A stretch of 64,000 nucleotides of DNA from Hyphochytrium catenoides (GCA_900088475.1 FLMG01000941.1:310001-374000), one strand, 5' to 3'. Positions 1 to 9,954 are shown, counted from the stretch's first letter. Notes: generated from the sequence alone by a model not told the origin. Made by a program: numbers and translations.

Positions 1-857
1 CACCAGAAGTTGAAAGAATGTGAAAGCGTGCTTGTTAGCGATTTCTTCCTTGTCTACTGCCATGAAGAGTTCATGGAGAACGCCAGACAGTTCATATTTG
101 AGATCTACTGCAGGATACACCAGAAGATCGGCATCGGGTAAGTGTGGGCCTGGAGAGATACATACGGACGAGGCATGACTAGCGAGGCCTGAAGAAGTAT
201 GACTGCTTGTTGGGGAACGGTAGTCAACCTACATTTTTTGCTGAGCAATCGAGAGCTTTCATCGGGAACTGGAGGGAAGGCAGACAGCGGGCAACAGTAA
301 GAAAAACTGAGTCTCAATTTGACCTTTGACAGAATGTTAGCTGAGAAGCTGGGTATGGAGGAAGACCACGCTGAGAGATGGATAGTCGACCTCATTCGCG
401 CCGCACGGCTGGATGCCAAGATTGACTCACAATCAGGAGTCGTCATCATGGGTACACAATCAGTTAACATGTAAGTGGGAGCCACAGGACAAGAGAGGTA
501 GACGTACGGTATAGGAATAGGTATTTTTGTTGATTACGAAGCTCCGGGGAATTCAGTGACCTTAGGGACTGCTGACGAGCTCTCAACGTTTATCCTTTCT
601 TCTAAAACTGATGCACCGTACACTGATGTTCCGCTCCCTCGTTGTCCGCTTTCAGCCATCAGCAGGTGATTGAGAAGACGAAGGACCTGGTAGCGAGAAG
701 CCACGTCCTTGCCAACAATCTAGATGAGACCAATGAGTCTGGAGACCGCAAGAAGGGCGGCAGGAGAGACGATAGGGGAGACAGACACCGTGGAGACAGG
801 GACAACAGGGAGAGAGGAGGGCGGAGAGATAACAGGGAGAGGCGTGACAGATACTAA
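1..857 (+). CDS. EIF3E: Eukaryotic translation initiation factor 3 subunit E, 3' part (PCI domain); exons <1-137, 333-470, 656-857
   Basis: Spliced translation [87 protein letters not shown] matches the eIF3e/INT6 C-terminus. GT-AG introns 138-332 and 471-655 keep the frame; AATAAA at 1004-1009. Confidence 0.95.
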
Positions 858-1154
858 GCTCTTATAGGAAGCGCCACCTTAACGTCTCCTACTCTGTCCT
901 ACATGGTAGTCGTTCCAAAAGAGAAGGTGAAGTGACGAAGAGCAGGAGCAGTAAGCTTACATAGGAACAGCGTGCTGTGCCCTGAGGGTTTTCTATTGAA
1001 GCAAATAAACACGAAGACAATGACTGAATATTCATACTTAGAGTGCTTCCGCTTCACGTGCTTCCGCCTTCGATGTCTCCCTCTTGCTTGCGGCTTCGTT
1101 TTCCTGTTCTAGCGACTGATACGGGTCATAAGAGAAGCTGCCGAAGTTGGAAGT

Positions 1155-1287
1155 AGAAATGGACTCCAATCTTGCTGGCTGTCGTCACTGAATGCGCGAA
1201 GATGAATCGTGCGACAGTCACTCCTAGTAGGGTTCATTCATCTTCGCGCATTCAGTGACGACAACCAGCAAGATTGAGTCCATCTCT
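1155..1287. ncRNA. Long fold-back hairpin H1 (pre-miRNA-like)
   Basis: Arms 1159-1207 and 1236-1283 are reverse complements with one bulge and one C.A mismatch; perfect 28-bp run 1180-1207/1236-1263; 28-nt loop. The hairpin is seen in the sequence; RNA function is inferred. Confidence 0.55.
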
Positions 1288-1434
1288 GATACTGTTGAAT
1301 GTCTGTCTGGAAGAGGTACAGCAAGCTGCGAAAGGCGATATAAAGGAGGTAATCATTCACTCAATCAGCGACCTCCCCTCCTCCCTAAGGGTTCAATGCT
1401 CCTGTCACCCCTGAGCTCGCAGCCTACCCCTAAC

Positions 1435-1592
1435 CCCACTTTCTTACTTCAACGCCATCAGGCTATTCTTATTGGCATGGATCGCACGGCGACGGCCTCG
1501 AAATTGTGACTCGTGGAGCATTGCTTGATCCACTTCAATTTGTGATTCATGACAATGAGAATAGCTTGATGGCGTTGAAGTGAGAAAGTGGG
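1435..1592 (+). ncRNA. Long fold-back hairpin H2 (pre-miRNA-like)
   Basis: Ungapped 52-position stem 1435-1486/1541-1592; 5 of its 6 non-Watson-Crick positions are G-U wobbles on the + strand. Confidence 0.65.
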
Positions 1593-1607
1593 CAAGGTTT
1601 GCCCGAT

Positions 1608-1755
1608 GTCTCTTGAGCTCTTCGAATGCGCTGAACCCATACTTAAGCGCATTGGTCACAGAGACGAGAAATACAATCTCAAAGGATGGACGCAAAAGAC
1701 ATGCCTCTGTAACCAATGGACTTATGGGTTCAGCGCATTTGAAGAGCTCAGAGAC
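1608..1755 (+). ncRNA. Long fold-back hairpin H3 (pre-miRNA-like)
   Basis: Outer stem 1608-1641/1723-1755 (one bulge, one G-U) plus inner stem 1650-1663/1705-1718 (one C.A). Confidence 0.6.
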
Positions 1756-2011
1756 CTTGTTCAAGCATACACCTTAGATAGGTTGGCCTTGAATCTCTGC
1801 CGCTGTCATCCGCGAACCGCCACCATCCTGCTGCCTTGCGTGCGTGCGCACAACAGACGTCTGGCCCGCATCCAGCATATGACAGATTCACAACGTCACA
1901 GGGACATGTGGCGCAAGAGCAGAATCCAGTTGCCAGTTGCCTTCAGTTCTTTGTAAGTTTCTGGAAGCCCGGCACATCTCCTTTGTCACCTCTGATATAT
2001 GCCATAAAAAC

Positions 2012-2381
2012 TCCAATAGAGTCACTGGGATGTATCGCTTTCATCATTTGCTCTATCCTTCCGTTAAGGATGACAGCTAGGTCAACGGTTCCGTAGAATG
2101 CTAAGCTGACTCAAGTCACCGATCGAGTAGAAGGAGGGAGAGTCTTTGTCCTCTGTCTTCAGTAGCTCCCCCTCTTATCGCATTCCTCACTCAAGAGTGA
2201 TAGAATGCCAAACAAGGCGCGGCCATTGTTAAACTGCCAAGGAAACGTGGCTGTTGACAAGCCCCAACAGTCTACCTTCTGCCACATCTCAGAGGGCGAG
2301 GAACCTTCGTAGATCGCAAGCTCAACGGAAGGATAGAGCAAGTGATGAAAGAAGTACAAGTTGGTTTTAGAGCTATTTGGA
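2012..2381 (+). ncRNA. Long-loop fold-back hairpin H4 (pre-miRNA-like)
   Basis: Core stem 2031-2068/2321-2358 contains 28 contiguous pairs (2038-2065/2324-2351, one U-G); weaker extensions outward (2012-2019/2373-2381) and inward (about 2080-2092/2300-2316). Confidence 0.55.
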
Positions 2382-3714
2382 AGGACTGGAGGAGTGGCTC
2401 TTCTTGAAGTGAGCTTATGCTTTTGCCTCTTGCATTATGGGAGGTGATCTGCAGTTCATTTCTTCCCATCTTGGATAATGCTAGTGCGGACTCCCTCGAT
2501 ACCTGGATACAGCTCATCCTCTTTGCAGCTGCTCCTATTATTGGCCAGGTTACCCATCCCTGTCACCGTCAACACCAACAGAGGTATCTGTCACTGTGTC
2601 TTCTTTTAGAAAGCGCCAGACTTGACAATTTCAAGGAAGCAGCGCCAGATTATTTCTGCCAGGACCGTCTTCTTCGTGGTCATCACTCTATTGGTCGACC
2701 GACAGAGAGGAGAGGAGTGAATGGTGGCAGAAGGTCGCAACGCAGATCTTACGTCGTTTTAGTGCTGCTGGAAGGGATGGCGGCACGAACGATGGCACGT
2801 AACGCACCATCCTCGGTGTTTGACTGATTTCAGTCAGTTCTCTCCTCGCTCCACGTCACGAGGTCACTGTTGTCCATTATTCATTGATGGATGGAGGAGA
2901 GTCATCGCTCTTCTATTATAGATATAGCATGCGACGTGAGGCTGCTGGCTGCTGGCTGCTGATGTGTGTGAAGATGATGCCAATGCGTAGCAGGTACTGC
3001 ATCCTGACAAATCTATAATGAAGGGTTGTGCCACTACAGGAACTATTTTACCCTGATGCAACTATGCCCACCCACTCCTAATATAATGATCTACGTATAA
3101 GTTGGGTGGGAGTCTAGTGTGCCTCACCACTCCAGCTATGAAAGTTGAAAGATCGCACGATCCGGTGTCCTTCTTCATGGGCGAAATAGGGAAATAGTAG
3201 TACGAAGCAGCTCTTTTGAGAGGAGAAAACAGCCGTCACCATTTTAGACATAACTCCTCGACGGCTGGGAGTTAGAAGGTGCCCTTGAAATATGTTGCCC
3301 CTGAACTAAATGGCTAGCAGGACTCAAGACGGTTTGTCCATGGGGTGTCGTGGGAACAGACGCCACTCTTGACATACGCTGCAAAATAACCTAAGCTGGT
3401 TCTTCTTCTTGAATTTAGCCTCTTGCTGTTGTGTATGAAATCTCTCTTATGAACCGTTTTAGTACGACGAGTACGAAGAGATTATCGCTGTCATTGCCTG
3501 GTAATAACGCATGGCATCCTCAACTTCCTCTCTTTTGATGGGCGACAGCTGAGTCTGGTTGAGCTTGCAGATTGCAGATCACCGTATTCCGGACTATGCC
3601 CTTGGAGTTAGTTCTATCCAGAAGAGCGGTAACACTACTGTCAACAATGTACGTACTGTACTGAGTACAAATAATCTTGAAACTTTATACATTCGAGCCG
3701 ATTTGGAACCCGTC

Positions 3715-5291
3715 CTAACATATAGAGAATAGAAGAACATTGCCAAAGGACACGAAGGACAGAAGCGCCGAGATGAGAGAGAGGGAAGCCGTAGTCGTAG
3801 GACGAGGACTACTTGAAGAAGGCGTAGGCGCAGGATCCTGCGACGGTGGGTTATCTTGCAGAGAGTTGCACACAACCGTAGAGCCCTCAAAGAGAGGAGT
3901 GAGGACAGAGTTCAGATCCTCTGGTGCATTGGAGTCTGTCAGCGCCCTGTTTAAAGCATCCTTCACCGCGTCTTCCACCTGCACGACGGAGACAGGACAT
4001 GGAAACATGAAGACGTTTAGAGAAAGGCAACAACTTGGACAATTTCAGAGATTCTGCTGCTTGAAGCGCTGCTAATCCCAACACCAGCAAGGGATCAGAG
4101 GAAAAGGATCAGAGGGAAAGGAATGGCAAGCGAGATCCTGAGCCCTCTCTCGCTATACATAAAATTCTGTCAATGAAGAATCACGAGGTTTTCGTAACTA
4201 GGACGAAGGCAGCAGGAGAAGAGTGGCTCCTCCTTATCTCCTCGCTCTTGCCATCCAAATTCTCCTTACATTTTTCGTGATATCTTTGATCTTCAGGTCT
4301 ATTCCTGCGATAGTCTTCTTGATCACGAGATCCGGGGTAATTGTTACTTTCTCCACTTTGAGGCTTGTGAGGTGCGGGGAGGAAGGGGAGCAGCCCATCA
4401 CAATGTCAATTGTAAACTTTACCGGCCCCTGGCAGCAATAGTCGGTGCCGTCTGCTACCTAAGATGGACGACGATGATGGGATTAAGAAGGTGATGGGGG
4501 AATGGGAAGGGTGACATCAAAGAGGAGGAGATCTTCTGATCAACACAGAGTCAAGAAGCTGTTGTCTAGAGTCCTAAGACGCGAACGTTATGTCATAAGA
4601 AGTGGCAAAGTCCTGCAGCTGTGGTGTGAGGCCCTCTTACCGCCGCGCAAGCGCCTGTGAAAGGAACACATGCTTCAGCTCTCAAGTTCAGCGGCAATTC
4701 TTGGAAGGTAGCTGTAGCTCTAAGTGTGGATGGGGCAGTCGAAGTGGCCCCATCTGAAGTAGCGGCCGGCGGGATGACTTGACTATCCTCTAGCTTAAAG
4801 GTGTTGAGACCACCCACCCAGTAGGCGTATGCTCGATACGCTGAGTTCTTGTCCTCGTAAAGCAAACCCGTCTGGGAGAAGGTTGTGAAGGCAGCCGCGG
4901 GATTTGGTTAGAGACATCATGACTTCAGGACAACTCCAGCGGTGGACCGTAGACACAGAGAGCCGTAAGAAGTCTTATCGGAAAGGGTCTCAAAGCAGTG
5001 ATATAGCAGAGAAGAAGCCAGGCTCACCTCTTTGCAAGGAGTGGGAGGCGTGTCAGCAGTACAGTCGCCCACACTGGCTGGCAACTTCTGCAGGATTTGG
5101 TTCTCCAAAATGGTTCTGAATTGCGTGGCAACCGTCCCAACGGTGTCAGGGAAAGAAACATTGTTAGAGGCGCCTTCAGTCCTTCCGACTAGCAGGAGGC
5201 TAAAGAGCACTGCCAGACATATTGAGCCAAAGGGGAAAGACGCGGGACAGAAGCTAGTACGCTTCCTAGCAAGGCGCTGCCCAGTAACCAT
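3715..5291 (-). CDS. Secreted, probably GPI/C-terminally anchored protein of unknown function, about 315 aa; exons 5291-5028, 4871-4641, 4458-4270, 3978-3715
   Basis: Four exons join through phase-0 GT-AG introns into one 948-nt ORF. N-terminal hydrophobic signal (ICLAVLFSLLLVGRTEGA), several Cys, S/T/P-rich stalk and hydrophobic C-terminus (SLISALLSFVSFGNVLLFSIC). Confidence 0.8.
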
Positions 5292-6823
5292 TTTTTTTAA
5301 TCTTGTTGCTTCCCCACTACTTGGGTCTCTCCTTCGCGGTGGCACTTCTTCTAAGTGTTAGCACGGCGAGACTCTTCAAAAGTCGAGAGAAGGTTGATAA
5401 CTGGGCGGTGAGTGAGGTAAAGTCAGACTTTGGGGAGCTGCTGATATTTTGTCTTTGGTGGAAAAGTAAGAAGTGATGATGATGGCAAGAGAGGGACGAC
5501 ACTCCAGAAGCTCTAGCAGACGGGCGGTCGGGACGGAGGAAAGGATGACTACTTGAGCGTTTCCATTATTGATTATCCGTTCTATGCGGAAGACCTCTAA
5601 GAAAGTAGACCACAACTGACTATCTTCAAGAATAGCAGAAAGGATGGTCAAAGGCCAGTGGGAATCTAAAGGCGTTTAAAGTGGGCATAAGCTGCTGCAT
5701 TAACGCTCGGAGAGAGCAAGAACCTGCTGCTCTTCTTCCCCTTCTGTTCTTCAACGAAAGAGGAGGAGGTGACAAAGGTAGGCGCACAACAGCTGGATCA
5801 GTTGGGAGGAGGAGGGCGAACAAAGAGAGAAAAGAAGCTGAACTGCACCGCTCTATCATTCTCTTCCCTCTTCGGCTGTCCAGAAGGTTGACGATCCAGA
5901 GCTGCGGAGGAGGAAGAAGAACAAAGCGCAAAGAAGAAGACCGACCAGCGGCGCAAAAAGGGTCACAGAAGAAGGAGGCAGAGCTGGAGGAGCCAATTAT
6001 AGGAGATTCTATAGGGATACGAACACAAGGGCACAAGGAGCGCACAATCGTGCCCAGAAGACCAGGAAATCCAGCTGACAGATTGCAGGGCGAACCGTCC
6101 AAATTCATGGCCCACAACGGAGACAATGGAGGTCCAGGTTTGCTAGGGGGGTTACTGGAGGGACTAGTCTCTGTGCGCACTATTGTGCGAAAAGCTGGGT
6201 GGGAGGATTACATTGAGGGAAGCCTTTTTGTAGTACCATTTTATTCTACTGCACGTCAGGGTGGTACTAATGAGCGCACGCTGCGAACCCCGCCCCCCAT
6301 AGTACTAAATGTATGAGCTTCGACGAGTAAATCCGCACTATCTGACGCACTGTGGAGCGCCCTTATTATGTTATGGAGACATCATCAGAATCTGCAACAG
6401 ACCTGCAGCTCCAGCTTCTTGGCTCGCTTTTGCCATCATGAGATTATGAGAAGATGGAGCTTGTTGGTCATCGTGGTGATGATAGTGCTTCACTTTCATC
6501 TGCTCACCAGCAAAGGAGTTTCCTCTTCCATTGTCAACGCCTCCTCTGAGTGAACCATTCTCTTGGCAGGTGACACTAGTAGGTGGCCGTACTATTGGTC
6601 TAAGGACAATATTATCTCTTATCAGCTAGCTGGGCTGTTTGGAGGCTAAGCTTAGAGAAGACCTCTCTCGCTCACTCTTTTTGTCGCTCACTCTCGTCGT
6701 GCCTTGCTGCTGCCGCGTAACCTGCTGCATATTGAACGCGGCCCCAGTGACGGCATAGCATTTGGAGTCAACAAGCTCTCGAACACGTCACAGGGTCTGA
6801 AGGGCCGAAGCTTGTTGGGTGAT

Positions 6824-7798
6824 ATGAACAAAAAGGATGCCGGCCGTCATCACGATGCCCATGGAGATGGTCAATTGGATTTGCAGTCTCCTTCTTCTGC
6901 GGCGCCCCCAACCCTGTTGTCTCTCTGGCAACTGGAGTCCGTCGTGGTGGATGAAGAAGAGATAACAATGGACGGCTTGGTAGGCTTGCGATTTACCTTT
7001 GAGCGACTCAAGCAGAGCGAAGAGCAATGCATTCGTTCTCTTACTGCACCTATGGCAGGAGCTAAACCCTCCTCCGGAGAGTCAAGATTGTCACGTGTGC
7101 CTCCTCCTCTCCACCCTGACGATCCCGCAACTATGGTTTACCGGATGATTGTGTCCATGGGAGCTGGGTCAAGGCGGAACTTTAAAAAGCTGTGCATGGA
7201 GTACACCAATGAACTGCGTGACCAACAAGCAATATTGGTCGGCATCCCGAGTGGTCACTCATTCCGAGGGGACCAGCGGGACTTTTTATCTGTCCTCCCG
7301 CTCACTGGCTTCACGAGACATCCGATATCGCCCCCATACCTGAGAGTCCCTCATCCAAGCCTTGGACAAACAGATCTCTACTCGTTGATTGTGGAAGAGT
7401 ATACACCTCTCCTTACTCAAGAGTTCATATCCGCTCACCTAAAGGCTGATGTAGTGGCTAGGGTTTGTCCGCTACTTTTGACAGATCTCGGCGGCATGGG
7501 CACCTGGCACAACTTCAAAGCTCAACAGGGCTGGAGTGAGGTACTGATAGAAGTTGATGAGCAGAAAGTCATAATCTGTTATATGAAGCAGGACGGCGCT
7601 CTTAGCTTGGAGCCAGGCGCGATGCTTAATATTCTAGAGAGCCTTCGAGATTCAGACAGTGTTGGAACGTTCTTGGCCAAAGCGGAGGCCGTTCTACCCT
7701 GCTCCAGAGGCCAAGAAGAAGAGCTCTCTGTTTGTTTCTATCACTTCCAACGGCCTGCGCAGAGCAGCACCTTCGACATCACTTATTTCGCGGGATAG
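6824..7798 (+). CDS. Intronless hypothetical protein (open frame from 6704; first ATG 6824)
   Basis: 1.1-kb stop-free frame with globular-looking composition; no family recognised. Confidence 0.6.
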   Translation: MNKKDAGRHHDAHGDGQLDLQSPSSAAPPTLLSLWQLESVVVDEEEITMDGLVGLRFTFERLKQSEEQCIRSLTAPMAGAKPSSGESRLSRVPPPLHPDDPATMVYRMIVSMGAGSRRNFKKLCMEYTNELRDQQAILVGIPSGHSFRGDQRDFLSVLPLTGFTRHPISPPYLRVPHPSLGQTDLYSLIVEEYTPLLTQEFISAHLKADVVARVCPLLLTDLGGMGTWHNFKAQQGWSEVLIEVDEQKVIICYMKQDGALSLEPGAMLNILESLRDSDSVGTFLAKAEAVLPCSRGQEEELSVCFYHFQRPAQSSTFDITYFAG

Positions 7799-8452
7799 AA
7801 CGTTGCTCATAACTGGGCAGTGGTGGCTTTCTTTCTTGAATATCGCGTGATGGTTCCAATAACTTCCACAATTCCCTATACCGAACCAGCTCAGCTCACG
7901 AGTGCACATAGCATGTTACTGGAAGGTGCCCTAACAGAGCTTTTCCTAGTATCTGACGCCTCCTGCTGAGCTGGTTGAGCGAAGAGACGAGGGACACACC
8001 ATCACTCTGTACAATCTAAGAACAACCGTGAAAGTCCATGAAGCTTATCATTCTACGCACTCGGTGGCTGCCTCAAAGCTCTCCTCCGGCTCTTCCTGGT
8101 GATCAACAACTAAATAGAATAATGTAGACAAATGTGAGACAAGAAGAGAAGAAAGAAATCATAAGGTAGCTTTCCTGTTGGTTATCATGGGAAAAGGGGC
8201 TATTGGCAGCAGCAACAAGGGCTTGGGCTCATTGTATGCTTTATATTTCACATTTAACTGGCTAACAGAGTTCAGGGTATGTATGGTACGTCTCTCTGAC
8301 CCTTCGCCTCTACATGGACCAAAATTCTTACCTATCATCGCCAACCTTAGAAATGAGCGGCTAAGTATGGCATCGCTCAGCCGCATTGAATACATCGCGC
8401 CCTTCTCTCATATCGGCGTGCCTGTCCAACTTTCTTCTCCGTAGTGATGCAA

Positions 8453-9535
8453 TCACCAAAGGACCTTGCGCAATAATACTCTGCCCCCAGTTGTCGGCTG
8501 CTGTGCAGATCCGCCACCGCCTTGCTGCTGCTGCAGCCATGCTTCTCTGGCCTGGCATACGTCATCTTGCTGCCTTGTCCTGTTGAGGTCTAGAAGGCGC
8601 AAAGGATAGCCCGCCGCCCTTAGAGTGGCACGGGCTTCATTGTAGGCTTCATCGGGCAGTTGTGCTTGAGTGGAAAGAATGCGGGCATCCAAATAGCACG
8701 GCGCGCCTACGACGATGTACTGGATTTGACTGTTGTTGGTAGGTGGAGAGCTTTGTTGGTTATTTTGCTGGCTTTGCCGCTTGATGTCAAGGATGAGGAA
8801 ATCAGCTCCGCCAGGATACAGCCTCTGTCTCTCTTGATCTGCTGTCTCTTCGTTTTCCCCTCCTTGTTGGCCACTGCCGCTAGAGGAAGCATTGATGGCT
8901 ACAGCTCCTACCTTCTCTGACCAAGGGAAGGTTGCCGTACCATTCATGGTCTGGGTTTCGTTGTTTCCGGTAGTCACGCATACAGCTTGGGCCTGAAGCT
9001 GCTCTTCTTTGTCTTGCTGGCCCGTTCCATCTCCTTCCCCCGGCTGCTGCTGCAATGTAGCAGCCACCGCTCCCTCTACCGAGGCAGGCTGACCCTTGCC
9101 GGTCTTTAGGACGCAGCGGGCGGAGGCATGGACGAAGAGAGTGCAGCCAGGAGTGTTGCGACACTCGTTGCAGCATCCTTCTGGGTTCTCCATAGGGACT
9201 TCCTTGATATCATTACCAGGATAGTCAGTGTTCTGCTCGAAAGCGCTACATTGAGCTTGCTGCTGCTGCTGACCACCACCAGTTCCTCCTCCTTGCTGTG
9301 GGCTGCTGATGACCAAGGTTCCACAGGCGCACTCCTCGCTATATCTCCCTCTGGACGTGGCGGTGTTGGCCTGCTCGTACCAAACACCCTGTAGCTCTTG
9401 AAAATTGAACGCTGGACCTGCCACTACTGGCTGCCAATCGCAGGTATAATTTCTGCCTTGTGAAGAAGGCAACTGAAGCAGCAGAAGAGAGCTACTCAGG
9501 ACAACAATGCTAGAAACGACCCTGGACACCTTCAT
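8453..9535 (-). CDS. Secreted lipocalin (ApoD/Blc-like) with an inserted PAN/Apple domain; intronless, 360 aa
   Basis: Signal peptide; lipocalin SCR1 FNFQELQGVWYEQA; C-terminal DFLILD..YIVVG..ARILSTQAQLPDEAYNEARATLRAAGY..RTRQ; PAN_4-type CSAFEQNTDYPGNDI..CCNECRNTPGCTLF..CVLK at aa 96-161. Confidence 0.8.
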   Translation of the reverse strand: MKVSRVVSSIVVLSSSLLLLQLPSSQGRNYTCDWQPVVAGPAFNFQELQGVWYEQANTATSRGRYSEECACGTLVISSPQQGGGTGGGQQQQQAQCSAFEQNTDYPGNDIKEVPMENPEGCCNECRNTPGCTLFVHASARCVLKTGKGQPASVEGAVAATLQQQPGEGDGTGQQDKEEQLQAQAVCVTTGNNETQTMNGTATFPWSEKVGAVAINASSSGSGQQGGENEETADQERQRLYPGGADFLILDIKRQSQQNNQQSSPPTNNSQIQYIVVGAPCYLDARILSTQAQLPDEAYNEARATLRAAGYPLRLLDLNRTRQQDDVCQAREAWLQQQQGGGGSAQQPTTGGRVLLRKVLW

Positions 9536-9954
9536 CGTGATCTCTGCGTTTGAGTTCGTCGCGGCGCACTTTCTCCCTTCTGGCTAAGTTATACACTAGT
9601 TCTGTCCTTCTTCCGTAAGATGTCCGTGAGCTGCCCAGGTGCGCGCCCTTGTGACGAGAAGGAGGCAAATGAAAGAATGAGAATATGACCTTGGCTAAAG
9701 AACCTCAGACACCTCTATCATCATCAGTGAGTTCATTATTCAGTCAATGTTCATGAGTCCAGACAAGGGGAACAATAGTGGTGGTGCGGGGGAAGGTTGC
9801 TAACAAGGAAGTTCCTTCATGAAGAAGAGCGAACAGCTGCTTATGTGAACTGTTGCCAGTAGCTTTGCAAGGAGAAAGGTCTATGACAGTAATAATGAGG
9901 CTGAAAGAGAGTGGAGCTGGGACGGTTAAAGAGGTATATCCACTACTTCTTCTC

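Noticed and set aside
1155-2381. Hairpin cluster read as a CRISPR array, MITEs or bacterial terminators
   Set aside because: No repeated unit with spacers, no shared TIRs or TSDs, no U-tracts, and the context is eukaryotic.
1255-2827. Short ORFs on both strands sharing peptides (YGFSAFEEL, FLLQRHQAILI/FSLQRHQAILI, CSILPL)
   Set aside because: The shared peptides are artefacts of the inverted repeats; there is no coherent spliced protein.
2905-3110. Weaker fold-backs (cttctattatagat/atctataatgaag; cccaccca/tgggtggg)
   Set aside because: Stems are too short or imperfect to distinguish from background without folding statistics; could be revisited as decayed cluster members.
5376-6553. ORFs 5681-6316 (+), 5626-6180 (-) and 5376-5651 (-)
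   Set aside because: Low-complexity overlapping frames with no recognisable family and no consistent splice model.
7884-7976. 12-bp inverted repeat downstream of the orphan ORF (similar 11-bp stem at 6231-6269)
   Set aside because: Short and compatible with chance.
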